Position numbers and translations under genes: made by a program. The notes beneath the pieces are model-generated. The model was not told the origin of the DNA. It saw nothing but the letters and a program-made list of their open reading frames with translations, and did not search any database. Shown here one piece after another: positions 19,274-28,385 of a stretch of 64,000 nucleotides of DNA (its first letter is position 1; each line of letters starts with the position of its first letter). This stretch comes from an uncultured bacterium (GTDB taxonomy: Bacteria; Patescibacteriota; Minisyncoccia; Moranbacterales; UBA2206): positions 8,786 through 72,785 of the forward strand of contig CAIKZD010000009.1 in NCBI GenBank assembly GCA_903831805.1, given 5' to 3'.

Positions 19274-20623
19274 ATGACAAGAAAAGACGCTGCTGCTGCA
19301 AAATTGGATGCCAAGGCTTTTGTTTTGAGTGCTATTCACAGGCTTTCCAGAAATGGCAAACCGGAACATGGATTACGCCTTGATGACTCGGGCCTTTTGG
19401 GTGCTTTGCATCTCTATTATGAGTGTAAAAAACCCATGGAGCTGATTTGGAGTTTGGTGAAAGGCAGTGATGTATTGCTCCGATCGGTCAAAGGGGATTT
19501 CATCATATACGATCCTAGGCGCATCGCAGAATTTGACTGTGCGTTATGCTTGTGCGAAGCAAAAGTAAGCATGAACAAATCTCCGCTGGATATGACAATC
19601 GCGCTGGACGCGGCGAAAATGCTGAAAGCGGTTTTTGATTGGACAGAAGTCGCCCATCTCTACGCCGGAGAGGAAATTTTTTTCCGGCAGGTTAGGAAAA
19701 TTAAGGGGTCGTCTTCAAGGAAAGGCGTATCTATGACAAGAGGGGTGTTTAATAATGATGTTAAGTTCATAGTCCAATCTGGAGATAACGATACGTGCTT
19801 TGAGTATCTCATGTCTCTTCCTAAAAGTCCTAAGAGCGGGGGACGGAGTGCAGCTATTCTGAAAGCCGTCATGGAAGTGCTTGAAAAAAAGAATGTTGTC
19901 AATGTAAATTTCACTTTCGCTGATGACAAAATCCTACTTGCCGCGCAAGAAGCTTTGGCAGTCATCGTCCCAGTGAGTACCCAAAAAGAGGATGTGTTGC
20001 CAGCAGCAAAACCGGTGGATGAAGGCAGTGTTTCTGACGCACCAAAATTCTCAGATTATATTGAGCTGGGGGATACCGCTATTGGTATGATTCTTTTGGG
20101 ACTGCATAACCTGGAAGGTTTTGATCCAAATAAAGCAATCCCCAAAACTGTCTTTACCCGAGTTTTGCGAGAAGAACTGGTGATTGAAAGTCCATCCGCC
20201 CAACAACTGGCTGGCCTTGTGCAAAGATTAGCTAACAGCGCGCACAATATCATCGATTATGTGCACGGGTCTAGGACGCCAAATTCCAGCTATCTTTTGA
20301 CGGATAAGGCTAAGAAAATTTTAGCTGAACTCAATGGCGGCGATCAGAAAAAGTCAAAGACTGCTCCAGTAGAAGATTCTTCTAAAAAAGAACCTTCGCC
20401 TTTGACCACGGAAATAGTTATTTCCTCGGTTCTCACTGAATTTTTAGAAACAAAAAAAATTCTCGTAGGAACAGAGCAAGAAGAAGCGGCACTTCTTGAA
20501 GAAAAAGCCAGAATCGAAGTCGCTCTAAAAGAACTGGAAAGCAAAAAGCTTATCCTGCGAGGAAAGATCAATGCAATGAAAAACCTCCCAGAGATAGCAG
20601 AATTGAGGGCCTTATTGGGATAA
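19274..20623 (+). CDS. Hypothetical protein (449 aa, C-terminal coiled coil)
   Basis: Long ORF with its own promoter (ttgact-16-tataat, 19178-19205) and terminator. Confidence 0.75.
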   Translation: MTRKDAAAAKLDAKAFVLSAIHRLSRNGKPEHGLRLDDSGLLGALHLYYECKKPMELIWSLVKGSDVLLRSVKGDFIIYDPRRIAEFDCALCLCEAKVSMNKSPLDMTIALDAAKMLKAVFDWTEVAHLYAGEEIFFRQVRKIKGSSSRKGVSMTRGVFNNDVKFIVQSGDNDTCFEYLMSLPKSPKSGGRSAAILKAVMEVLEKKNVVNVNFTFADDKILLAAQEALAVIVPVSTQKEDVLPAAKPVDEGSVSDAPKFSDYIELGDTAIGMILLGLHNLEGFDPNKAIPKTVFTRVLREELVIESPSAQQLAGLVQRLANSAHNIIDYVHGSRTPNSSYLLTDKAKKILAELNGGDQKKSKTAPVEDSSKKEPSPLTTEIVISSVLTEFLETKKILVGTEQEEAALLEEKARIEVALKELESKKLILRGKINAMKNLPEIAELRALLG

Positions 20624-20640
20624 GGTCGGAAGCAAGTCGG

Positions 20641-20676
20641 ACGACGGTTTCTCGAAAATTGAGAGACCGTCGTTTT
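20641..20676 (+). terminator. Rho-independent terminator
   Basis: acgacggtttctc/gagagaccgtcgt stem plus T-run. Confidence 0.75.
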
Positions 20677-20916
20677 AATTTTATGGGAAACTATGTAATA
20701 ACGCTTAGATGAAATAACAAACGGACTTATTCACCACACTGTTTAGTATAGAGCCCCTTTTATTTGCTATTTCCCGCGGTTTTGGTATAGAATAATAAAC
20801 CTACGAATTGTAGGCCCAAGAACCTTAACAACGCATTTAATGTATTAAAATATAGAAGTGAAAAATAGGAATAGTGGAAGAAAAACTAAATTTCATGCTT
20901 ATTGGAGGAGGAAACT

Positions 20917-21300
20917 ATGACAACAATACCGGTAAATCGAGAAAATTGCAGAGTTGATGAATTTAAGGCAGTCGAGAACTTTCCATTTCTGGTAAAAATT
21001 AATAAATCATATCTGAATCTTTCTCCGGACATAAACCACTTGGTGAGAATATTAAAAATCGTCGCTTCTCAGGTTGTCTTATGCCCTGATAACGGCAACT
21101 TCCGTTGCGTAGCCATGCTCTCCACTGGTGGCGGTCAAGCGGGAATGTTTTTCCCCATGATTCTACCAGAGGTTGAAGCTCGTCATCAAAAAATGATTAC
21201 GGTCGGTACAATAGGTGACGTGCTGTCATCGGAAATGCTAGTATTCTGTAAGGAAACGCACGTTGTTTTTCGTGAATGCTGTCTTTTCCGCAAAGCCTAA
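20917..21300 (+). CDS. Hypothetical protein
   Basis: ggaggagg SD before ATG 20917; terminator at 21325-21360. Confidence 0.6.
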   Translation: MTTIPVNRENCRVDEFKAVENFPFLVKINKSYLNLSPDINHLVRILKIVASQVVLCPDNGNFRCVAMLSTGGGQAGMFFPMILPEVEARHQKMITVGTIGDVLSSEMLVFCKETHVVFRECCLFRKA

Positions 21301-21379
21301 ACAGACGAAGCAGGAAAAGCGATTGAGCTTTATTGGTCACGACCGATAGAGCTCTTTTTTATTTCCCCAATTTATATGC

Positions 21380-21442
21380 TTGACAAACTTTTCTTCCACT
21401 GCTATACTTTATCCAAGTAAAGTGATTTAGTGTAATAAAGTA
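21380..21442 (+). promoter_or_regulatory. sigma70 promoter with two tandem HisR-type operators
   Basis: ttgaca-17-tatact; tactttatccaagtaaagtg (21405-21424) and tgatttagtgtaataaagta (21423-21442) resemble the HisR box (ACTTTA-N6-TAAAGT). Confidence 0.7.
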
Positions 21443-21447
21443 AGAAT

Positions 21448-21768
21448 ATGGATATGCGGAAGAATCAAAAAACTGAAGATCTGATAGGAGCTTTTTTGGC
21501 GCTGGAGACGGCGCGGGAGGCGCGACTGTTTTTGCGGGACCTTTTGACGGAGAAGGAACTTTTGGAATTGGGCAATCGCTGGCAAGCAGTACGGATGCTT
21601 AGTGGCAAAATAGCGTACACGGAAATTATCGAAAAAACCGGACTGAGCTCGACCACCATAGCCAGAATTTCCAAATGGTTGCAAGGCGGCATGGGCGGCT
21701 ACCGTTTGATGCTTGAGAAGCTTTCTAATAATCATCACGCAACTCTTTCTCATCCCAGGAAGCGTTGA
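21448..21768 (+). CDS. TrpR-like YerC/YecD repressor (HisR)
   Basis: FLRDLLT..E, RWQAVRML, HTH TGLSSTTIARISKWL, GGY; upstream of his genes. Confidence 0.9.
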   Translation: MDMRKNQKTEDLIGAFLALETAREARLFLRDLLTEKELLELGNRWQAVRMLSGKIAYTEIIEKTGLSSTTIARISKWLQGGMGGYRLMLEKLSNNHHATLSHPRKR

Positions 21769-21793
21769 ATTTTTGTGTAACACATTTTTTTTC

Positions 21794-21825
21794 AAACTCT
21801 TTCTCGGCTGAGGAAGAGTTTTTTT
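21794..21825 (+). terminator. Intrinsic terminator between hisR and hisI-hisG (candidate attenuator 3:4 hairpin)
   Basis: aaactctttctc-ggct-gaggaagagttt plus T-run. Confidence 0.8.
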
Positions 21826-21860
21826 GTTCGGTTCATTAACAATCAAAAAAATGAGCGAGG

Positions 21861-23120
21861 ATGGTTATGAAAAAGCAAGAAATTAAGTTTAGCCAGGCAT
21901 TGCATCGGGACGGTACCGATGCGCCGGAACTAATCGGCGTAATTCTGCAAAACTATGAGACCAGGGCGGTGCTGTATGGCGCGTCCATGAGTCGCGAAAC
22001 ATTGGCAGAAACGCTGGCAAGCGGTTGGGTGGTGTTGTATAGCCAGAGCCGCAAATGTCGCTGGCTGAAAGGTGAGACTAGCGGGGATAGGTTGCGGGTC
22101 AGGAAAATTTTCTTGAATTGCAATAGCGACCAACTGCTCATCCAAGTCAGTCCGATGGGAAAAGGAGTGTGTCACGAGAAAGATGAAAAAGGCGTGGCCA
22201 AGCCAACCTGTTTTCATAAATTATTATGGGAAAGAGGAACAAATCAATCATCCAACCAGGAGAAGGCTATGAAAAACATGATATTAGGCATTCCATCAGG
22301 ATCATTATTGGAAGCAACTATCACTCTTTTAAGAACAATCGGGATTGAAGTGGTGGTCAACGGCCGCAATTTTATCTGCGAGGTGCGGGGGAGTGCGATG
22401 TTTTCCCAGGCGCTCATCATGCGACCCAATGATCTGCCTCAGGCGGTGAAAGCGGGCGTGGTGGACGTGGCCATCACCGGGCTGGATATGGTTTTCGAGG
22501 CGGGATTGGAAAATGAACTTTGCAAGATAGTGGAATTGCAATTTTCCAAAAAATCGCGGATGGCCGCACGAATAGTAGTATTTGGCAGAGAGGATGAGTC
22601 GGATGAAATTGTGGACGCTGAAGATGTTGTAGTTTGCGGTGAGTATATAATTCTCGCGAGGACCATGTTCAAAAAGGCTGGGATACAATTCTCCACCGGC
22701 TCGACAGAAATCAAAGTGGCCAACAAGGCATTTGGTTTTCGCTATGGGGTGGGGGTGGTTGAGAGCGGCCAAAGTCTCAAGGACAATGGGCTTAAGATCA
22801 TAAAAACTATCCTGACTTCTCCTGTGGTGCTCATCGCTCGGGAAGAGTCGCCAGAACTGCAAATTTTCGGGCAGATGCTCCATGGGGTGCTGGAAGGTGA
22901 GCGTTATCGACTGGTGAAATTCAATGCTAATTTTGACGATCAAGCCAGGCTACTGCAGATTTTGCCTGCTATGGAATCGCCCACTATCAGCCAGCTGGCT
23001 GACGGAGCAATGGCTTTCGAAACAGCCGTTTTAACGGGCGCGCTGGCGGACACGATAATCGCCATTGGGATGGCGGGCGGGCGAAAGATCCTGATCCAGG
23101 ATATACGCATCGCGATATAA
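21861..23120 (+). CDS. Fused HisI (PR-AMP cyclohydrolase) and long-form HisG (ATP phosphoribosyltransferase)
   Basis: SQSR..RWLKGETSG, C..D, CH…CF (HisI); MRPNDLP…VDVAITGLD, GSTE, VVESGQSLKDNGL, PAMESPTIS (HisG); internal SD plus ATG at 22269. Confidence 0.85.
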   Translation: MVMKKQEIKFSQALHRDGTDAPELIGVILQNYETRAVLYGASMSRETLAETLASGWVVLYSQSRKCRWLKGETSGDRLRVRKIFLNCNSDQLLIQVSPMGKGVCHEKDEKGVAKPTCFHKLLWERGTNQSSNQEKAMKNMILGIPSGSLLEATITLLRTIGIEVVVNGRNFICEVRGSAMFSQALIMRPNDLPQAVKAGVVDVAITGLDMVFEAGLENELCKIVELQFSKKSRMAARIVVFGREDESDEIVDAEDVVVCGEYIILARTMFKKAGIQFSTGSTEIKVANKAFGFRYGVGVVESGQSLKDNGLKIIKTILTSPVVLIAREESPELQIFGQMLHGVLEGERYRLVKFNANFDDQARLLQILPAMESPTISQLADGAMAFETAVLTGALADTIIAIGMAGGRKILIQDIRIAI

Positions 23121-23125
23121 AAAGA

Positions 23126-23160
23126 AGGGCGGAATGACAGTGTTCATTCCGCCCTGTTTT
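23126..23160 (+). terminator. Rho-independent terminator
   Basis: agggcggaatga/tcattccgccct plus T-run. Confidence 0.75.
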
Positions 23161-23256
23161 ATTTTTATTACGCCCCAAATCTGAAATACCGCAATATTGC
23201 GGGGTTTTTTGGGATGTGGTAGATTTATGTAAAGTAATTAGCTTTTGCACAACACT

Positions 23257-23628
23257 ATGGATAACGAACAGGACGAGAAAAATGTGATTTCTGAGGCGGA
23301 AATTGTGGCGGTGGAAAAACCGTCCGAACCGACGGTGGTCAAGCTGAGAAAAAGGCGCCATGACCTGTATATCGAGCTGGCTCTGTTTTTCATTTTGGGA
23401 ATTCTGATCGGCGTGGCGGTGAAAAATGAAGCAGTGAAAAAAGTGACGATGGGCTTTGATGACTATAAGATGAAAACGTTCGCGCAGGATTATGATCTGA
23501 ACGCGTTGCAAGTGAAAGTGCTGCAAGCCGCGAAAGATGCGGCGTCGGCGGCTGAGGCTGCTAAAAGCACCGATCAAACAGCGCCCAGCGCTCCGGATGG
23601 CAGTGTGGGTGCGCCAGCCGGAAATTAG
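23257..23628 (+). CDS. Hypothetical single-TM membrane protein
   Basis: LALFFILGILIGVAV TM segment. Confidence 0.7.
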   Translation: MDNEQDEKNVISEAEIVAVEKPSEPTVVKLRKRRHDLYIELALFFILGILIGVAVKNEAVKKVTMGFDDYKMKTFAQDYDLNALQVKVLQAAKDAASAAEAAKSTDQTAPSAPDGSVGAPAGN

Positions 23629-23671
23629 AATAAATTAAGCGTCTAAACAACTTTAAAATAATTAAAAAACT

Positions 23672-24793
23672 ATGGACGAACAAATGGATTTTGAAAAAAA
23701 GGGGGAGGAGCAGGTGACAAGCGTCTCGGAAGAATCGACGGAACAAGAAACAGCAATTGAGACGTGTGATGTGCAAGAGAAAGATCAGCAGGATAAAAAG
23801 ATGAAAAATTTGATCTCTGTGGTGATTTTGCTCAGCGGACTTTTTGTGGGCAGTCTTTTTGTGGATGTTAGTCAGTTGGTGCGCGGGAGCGGCTATTCGC
23901 AAAAGAATTTGAATAAATCTGATATTTTTTCAGCCAATGGAAAAACATGGGTGGCTTATGACGCCCCAGCTGTGCCGGTCCGCGTTTTGAACGACGACAC
24001 TTGCGATAAATGTGATCCGAGCGAAGTTTTGGTGTGGCTGCGCCGCGTGATGCCGACCATCAGCGTGGAGAAAGTCAACCTTAATTCGGCGGCTGGCAAA
24101 GAATTGATCGCCCAGTTTGATATCAAGACTTTACCGGCTTTTGTGTTTGATCCAAACGTGGAAAAGACGGAACTTTTTGCGCAGGCGAAAGATTTATTCG
24201 CCGCCAAAAATGGTCAGGATGTTTTGAATGGCCAGCTTCTTGGCATTCCAGTGGGCAAATATATCACTCTGCCGGAGATCAGCGCGGATGATGCCATTGT
24301 GGGCGCGCAAGATGCTAAAGTGAAAGTGGTGCTCTTTTCCGATTTCCAATGTCCTTATTGCAAAACTTTCTACCCAGCTTTCCGCGCTGTTATGAACAAA
24401 TATCAAGACAAAGTGGAATTTGCCTTCAAAGAATTGCCCTTGGACAGTCATCCGCAAGCGATGGATGCGGCTTTGGCGGCGACTTGCGCCCAGGACCAAG
24501 GGAAATTTTGGGAATATTCCGATAAGCTTTATGCCGCGCAGGCCGAATGGAGCAATGCTAAGGACATGACCTATTTCAAGAATTATGCGGCACTGCTCAA
24601 ATTGAACACGGCTGATTTCAATAAGTGTTTGGACGGCAAGGTGCATCAAGATAAGATTGATGCTTCCAAGAAAGAAGCGGCCAATTTTGCGATTTCCGGT
24701 ACGCCGACCGTCTTCGTGAATGACCAATTTGAAGCGGGTGCCATCACCCCTGATCAATTGAGCAAAGATATCGAGGCGCAATTGGCGAAATAA
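23672..24793 (+). CDS. DsbA-family thioredoxin-domain protein
   Basis: FSDFQCPYC, ISGTPT; second CDKC motif; N-terminal TM. Confidence 0.88.
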   Translation: MDEQMDFEKKGEEQVTSVSEESTEQETAIETCDVQEKDQQDKKMKNLISVVILLSGLFVGSLFVDVSQLVRGSGYSQKNLNKSDIFSANGKTWVAYDAPAVPVRVLNDDTCDKCDPSEVLVWLRRVMPTISVEKVNLNSAAGKELIAQFDIKTLPAFVFDPNVEKTELFAQAKDLFAAKNGQDVLNGQLLGIPVGKYITLPEISADDAIVGAQDAKVKVVLFSDFQCPYCKTFYPAFRAVMNKYQDKVEFAFKELPLDSHPQAMDAALAATCAQDQGKFWEYSDKLYAAQAEWSNAKDMTYFKNYAALLKLNTADFNKCLDGKVHQDKIDASKKEAANFAISGTPTVFVNDQFEAGAITPDQLSKDIEAQLAK

Positions 24794-24864
24794 CGAAAAA
24801 AGCTACATCAAGAAGGGGGAGTTCATGGATTTGGACTCCTTTTTTCTTTGTGGTATAATATCTT

Positions 24865-24944
24865 TACTAATTACTAATCAAGTACGAATATACTAATAAA
24901 TAATTCGTACATTCGTATATTAGTGAATAAATTAGTAATTCGTA
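24865..24944. repeat. Inverted heptamer array (TACKAAT units followed by ATTMGTA units)
   Basis: tactaat tactaat…tacgaat…tactaat followed by attcgta…attcgta…attagt…attagta attcgta. Confidence 0.6.
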
Positions 24945-24954
24945 AAGAAACATC

Positions 24955-25539
24955 ATGAAGTATCATAAAGATATTTTTGAAATAATTTTTTTCGCGCGTG
25001 GCGGGCAAGGCGCCAAAGCGGCGGCGGAAATTTTGGCGCAGGCTGCCACTCATGAAGGGAAATTTGTGCAAGCTTTTCCCAGTTTCGGCCCGGAGCGGAG
25101 CGGCGCCCCGACTAAGACCTATTTGCGTCTGAGCGACAATGAGATCCGCACTCACGAACCGATCGTCGATCCGGACGTAGTAGTAGTCTTGGATGACACC
25201 CTGCTCAGTTCGCAAGATGTCTCCAATAATCTAGATAAGAGAGAGTCTTTAATTATCAACACGCAGATGGCGGAACATGCCGTGCGCAGTCAAATTGCTG
25301 AACTAGGCAAGAAGTTTGAAGGCAAAATTTACCCTATCGATGCCAGCGGCATTTCGCTCAGCATTGTCGGTCAACCACGACCCAATACTGTTATTTTGGG
25401 CAAGTTCGTGCAAGTGACAGAAGCGGTCAAACTGGAAAGTGTTATCGAAGAATTTCGACATATCTTTGAAGATAAAGTTGGCAAGGAAATCACTGACAAA
25501 AATGTGGCGGCGATTGAAAAGGCGTACGACACAATATAA
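24955..25539 (+). CDS. porC: Pyruvate:ferredoxin oxidoreductase gamma subunit
   Basis: RGGQGAK, FGPERSGAP, PNTVILG. Confidence 0.9.
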   Translation: MKYHKDIFEIIFFARGGQGAKAAAEILAQAATHEGKFVQAFPSFGPERSGAPTKTYLRLSDNEIRTHEPIVDPDVVVVLDDTLLSSQDVSNNLDKRESLIINTQMAEHAVRSQIAELGKKFEGKIYPIDASGISLSIVGQPRPNTVILGKFVQVTEAVKLESVIEEFRHIFEDKVGKEITDKNVAAIEKAYDTI

Positions 25540-25563
25540 ATTATAAATTTAAGATTAATTTTT

Positions 25564-25809
25564 ATGGAACACGGAGCTGTGATAAAACATGATGAGACTA
25601 AGGGACCCAAGACTGGAGCCTGGCGGTATATGCATCCGGAAGTGGACAAAGAAAAGTGCATTGGCTGCGCGACGTGTGTGCCTTTTTGTCCGGAAGCTTC
25701 AATCGAGATGAAAGAAAACAAAGCGGACATCGACTACGACTATTGCAAAGGTTGCGGCGTGTGCGCGGAAGTCTGCCCGGTGAAAGCCATTATGATGAAG
25801 AAGAAATAG
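25564..25809 (+). CDS. porD: Pyruvate:ferredoxin oxidoreductase delta subunit
   Basis: KTGAWR, two CxxCxxCxxxCP motifs, DYDYCKGCG. Confidence 0.9.
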   Translation: MEHGAVIKHDETKGPKTGAWRYMHPEVDKEKCIGCATCVPFCPEASIEMKENKADIDYDYCKGCGVCAEVCPVKAIMMKKK

Positions 25810-25878
25810 GTCAGAACCACTAATTCTCACTGATTTGCACATGATTACACGTGAAGGATAAAAACAAATTTAATTTTT

Positions 25879-27027
25879 ATGAATAAAAACAATTCTACAA
25901 AAAAACTAGCGCTCACCGGTGGAGCGGCGGCGGCGGAAGCTTTGAAACAAATTGAACCGGAGGTGATGCCGATTTATCCAATTACGCCGCAAACACCCAT
26001 CATTGAAACGTACGCCAAATTTCAGGCGGACGGTGAAGTGGATACGGAAATGATCAAGGTGGAATCGGAGCACAGTGCCATGAGTGCGGCCATCGGGGCC
26101 AGTTCGGCCGGGGCGCGTGTGGTGACCGCCACTAGTTCACAAGGTTTAGCTCTTATGCATGAGGTGCTGTATATCGCCAGCGGTACGCGCCTGCCAATTC
26201 TAATGATTATTTCCGCCCGTGCGCTTGGCGCGCCCATCAACATCCACGGTGATCACTCCGATGTCATGGGTTGTCGCGATTCCGGCTGGCTGCAAATTTT
26301 TTGTGAAAACGCCCAGGAAGTTTATGACAAAACTATCATCGGTATGAAGTTGGCGGAAAAAGTGAATCTACCGGTCATGGTCATTATGGATGGCTTCAAC
26401 ACTTCACACTCAGTAGAGAATTTGGAAGTTTTAGAAACAGCCATGGTCAAAGATTTCGTGGGTGAGCGCACGGCCATTACGCCGCTTTTGGACACAAAAA
26501 ATCCGGTCAGTTATGGTCCGGTGGCATTGCAGAATTCCTATTTTGAATTCAAAATTGACCAAGAGCAGGCGACGAATGACGCGGCCGCGGAATATCAAAA
26601 AATTGCTCAGGCTTATCAAGAAATTTCCGGCCGACGCTATGGTTTTTTCGAAACCTATCACACCAAAGACGCTGAGCGCATCATGGTTTTGACCGGATCG
26701 GCCACGGGCACGGCCAAGGTGGTGGTGGATAAGTTACGCGCGAAAGGTGAGAAGGTCGGTTTGGTCAAGATTGAACTTTTCCGACCGTTTTTGCATCAAG
26801 AATTATCCGCTATTTTGAAAAACGCGCAAGAAATAATCGTTCTGGATCGGGCGCAATCCATTGGCACGACCCCGCCATTCTACACGGAAATTGTAAATAG
26901 CTTGTATCAAATTGGGGAAATAAAAAAGATCAAATCTTTCGTGTATGGTCTGGGTGGCCGGGATATTTTTCAGGCGCAGATTGAAGATGTGTTTATGGGG
27001 AAATTTAAAGATAAATATATCAAATAA
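25879..27027 (+). CDS. porA: Pyruvate:ferredoxin oxidoreductase alpha subunit
   Basis: YPITPQT, VESEHSAM, TATSSQGL, YGLGGRD. Confidence 0.92.
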   Translation: MNKNNSTKKLALTGGAAAAEALKQIEPEVMPIYPITPQTPIIETYAKFQADGEVDTEMIKVESEHSAMSAAIGASSAGARVVTATSSQGLALMHEVLYIASGTRLPILMIISARALGAPINIHGDHSDVMGCRDSGWLQIFCENAQEVYDKTIIGMKLAEKVNLPVMVIMDGFNTSHSVENLEVLETAMVKDFVGERTAITPLLDTKNPVSYGPVALQNSYFEFKIDQEQATNDAAAEYQKIAQAYQEISGRRYGFFETYHTKDAERIMVLTGSATGTAKVVVDKLRAKGEKVGLVKIELFRPFLHQELSAILKNAQEIIVLDRAQSIGTTPPFYTEIVNSLYQIGEIKKIKSFVYGLGGRDIFQAQIEDVFMGKFKDKYIK

Positions 27028-27039
27028 AAAACATTATTT

Positions 27040-27954
27040 ATGAATAAAGAACTGGCAAAACATTTTTTTTCAGGACACAGTGCTTGCGCCGGGTGTGCTT
27101 TTCCGGCTATCGTGCGGGCGGTGCTGGGCGAAGCGTCATGTGAGGTGGTGGTGGCCAATGCGACCGGCTGCTTGGAAGTGACTTCTTCGCTCTATCCTTA
27201 CACCGCTTGGAAAACACCCTGGATCCATAATGCTTTTGAAAATGCGGCGGCGACTATTTCCGGGGTGGAAAGAGCTTATGAAATCATGAAACGTAAAAAG
27301 AGACTGCCGGGTGGCGACAAAAAAATCAAATTCGTCGCTTTTGGCGGTGACGGCGGCACGTATGACATTGGCTTGCAATCATTGTCCGGCGCGCTGGAAC
27401 GCGGGCATAATTTTTTGTATGTTTTGTATGACAATGAAGGTTATATGAACACCGGCAACCAACGATCGTCCGCTACGCCCTATGGCGCCGCCACCGAAAC
27501 GACTCCTTCCGGTCGAGCGTCGTTTGGCAAAACGGAATTGCGCAAGAATTTGATGGACATTGTGGCAGCGCATCACATTCCATATTTGGCCCAAGCCAAT
27601 GTGGCCTATTTGGCCGATCTCAAAAAGAAAGCGCAGAAAGCCTTGGCGGTGGAAGGGCCATCGTTTCTGACGGTTTTTTCGCCGTGCACCAATAATTGGA
27701 AATTTCCCACTTCACAATATGTGGCCATTGCCAAATTGGCGACGGAAACCAATTTTTGGCCACTGTATGAAATTGAAAATGGAAAATATAAAATCACGTC
27801 CGAGCCGAAGAATGTGAAACCACTCACGGATTTTTTGAAAACCCAAGGGAGATTCAAACATCTTTTTAGCGAAAAAAACAAACCGGTTTTGGAGCGGATG
27901 CAACAAATTACCAATGAAGAATTTGCGCGGCTGGTCAGTTTGACGGAAAAATGA
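27040..27954 (+). CDS. porB: Pyruvate:ferredoxin oxidoreductase beta subunit
   Basis: GHSACAGC, TPP motif GGDGGTYDIG…DNEGYMNTG. Confidence 0.92.
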   Translation: MNKELAKHFFSGHSACAGCAFPAIVRAVLGEASCEVVVANATGCLEVTSSLYPYTAWKTPWIHNAFENAAATISGVERAYEIMKRKKRLPGGDKKIKFVAFGGDGGTYDIGLQSLSGALERGHNFLYVLYDNEGYMNTGNQRSSATPYGAATETTPSGRASFGKTELRKNLMDIVAAHHIPYLAQANVAYLADLKKKAQKALAVEGPSFLTVFSPCTNNWKFPTSQYVAIAKLATETNFWPLYEIENGKYKITSEPKNVKPLTDFLKTQGRFKHLFSEKNKPVLERMQQITNEEFARLVSLTEK

Positions 27955-28055
27955 ATTTGAGCTAGTATCGCCTCATCGGCGATCGAGGTCGTTTAAGCGG
28001 CAATTAGCGTATAAAATGGCCGAAGAGGCAATGAATTCGCCGAAGAGGCGAAAGC

Positions 28056-28128
28056 GCCACCTTAGCTCAGTTGGCAGAGCGACGCACTCGTAACGCGTAG
28101 GTCGTCGGTTCGATTCCGACAGGTGGCT
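28056..28128 (+). tRNA. tRNA-Thr(CGT)
   Basis: gccacct/aggtggc acceptor, ct-CGT-aa loop, ggttcgattcc T-arm; CCA not encoded. Confidence 0.93.
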
Positions 28129-28161
28129 CATTTTTAAAAAATAAAAATTAACTTAAGCTCT

Positions 28162-28374
28162 ATGAAAACGATTGTTTTGCATGATTGTCACATTAACTTC
28201 GAAGACGACGTAAAAGACGTCGAGACATATCTCGGGAATCATTTGAACCTGAATGAATTCCAGACGATTTTCAACTACGCACATCTGCACCAGCAAGCCT
28301 ATTTTCAAGATAGGAATGGTCACCACTATCTCGCGGACTACAAAAACGGGGAATATTTTATCGAAAAAATTTAA
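28162..28374 (+). CDS. Hypothetical protein (70 aa)
   Basis: ORF with AT-rich leader, closely spaced with the next gene. Confidence 0.6.
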   Translation: MKTIVLHDCHINFEDDVKDVETYLGNHLNLNEFQTIFNYAHLHQQAYFQDRNGHHYLADYKNGEYFIEKI

Positions 28375-28385
28375 AAAACAAAAAT

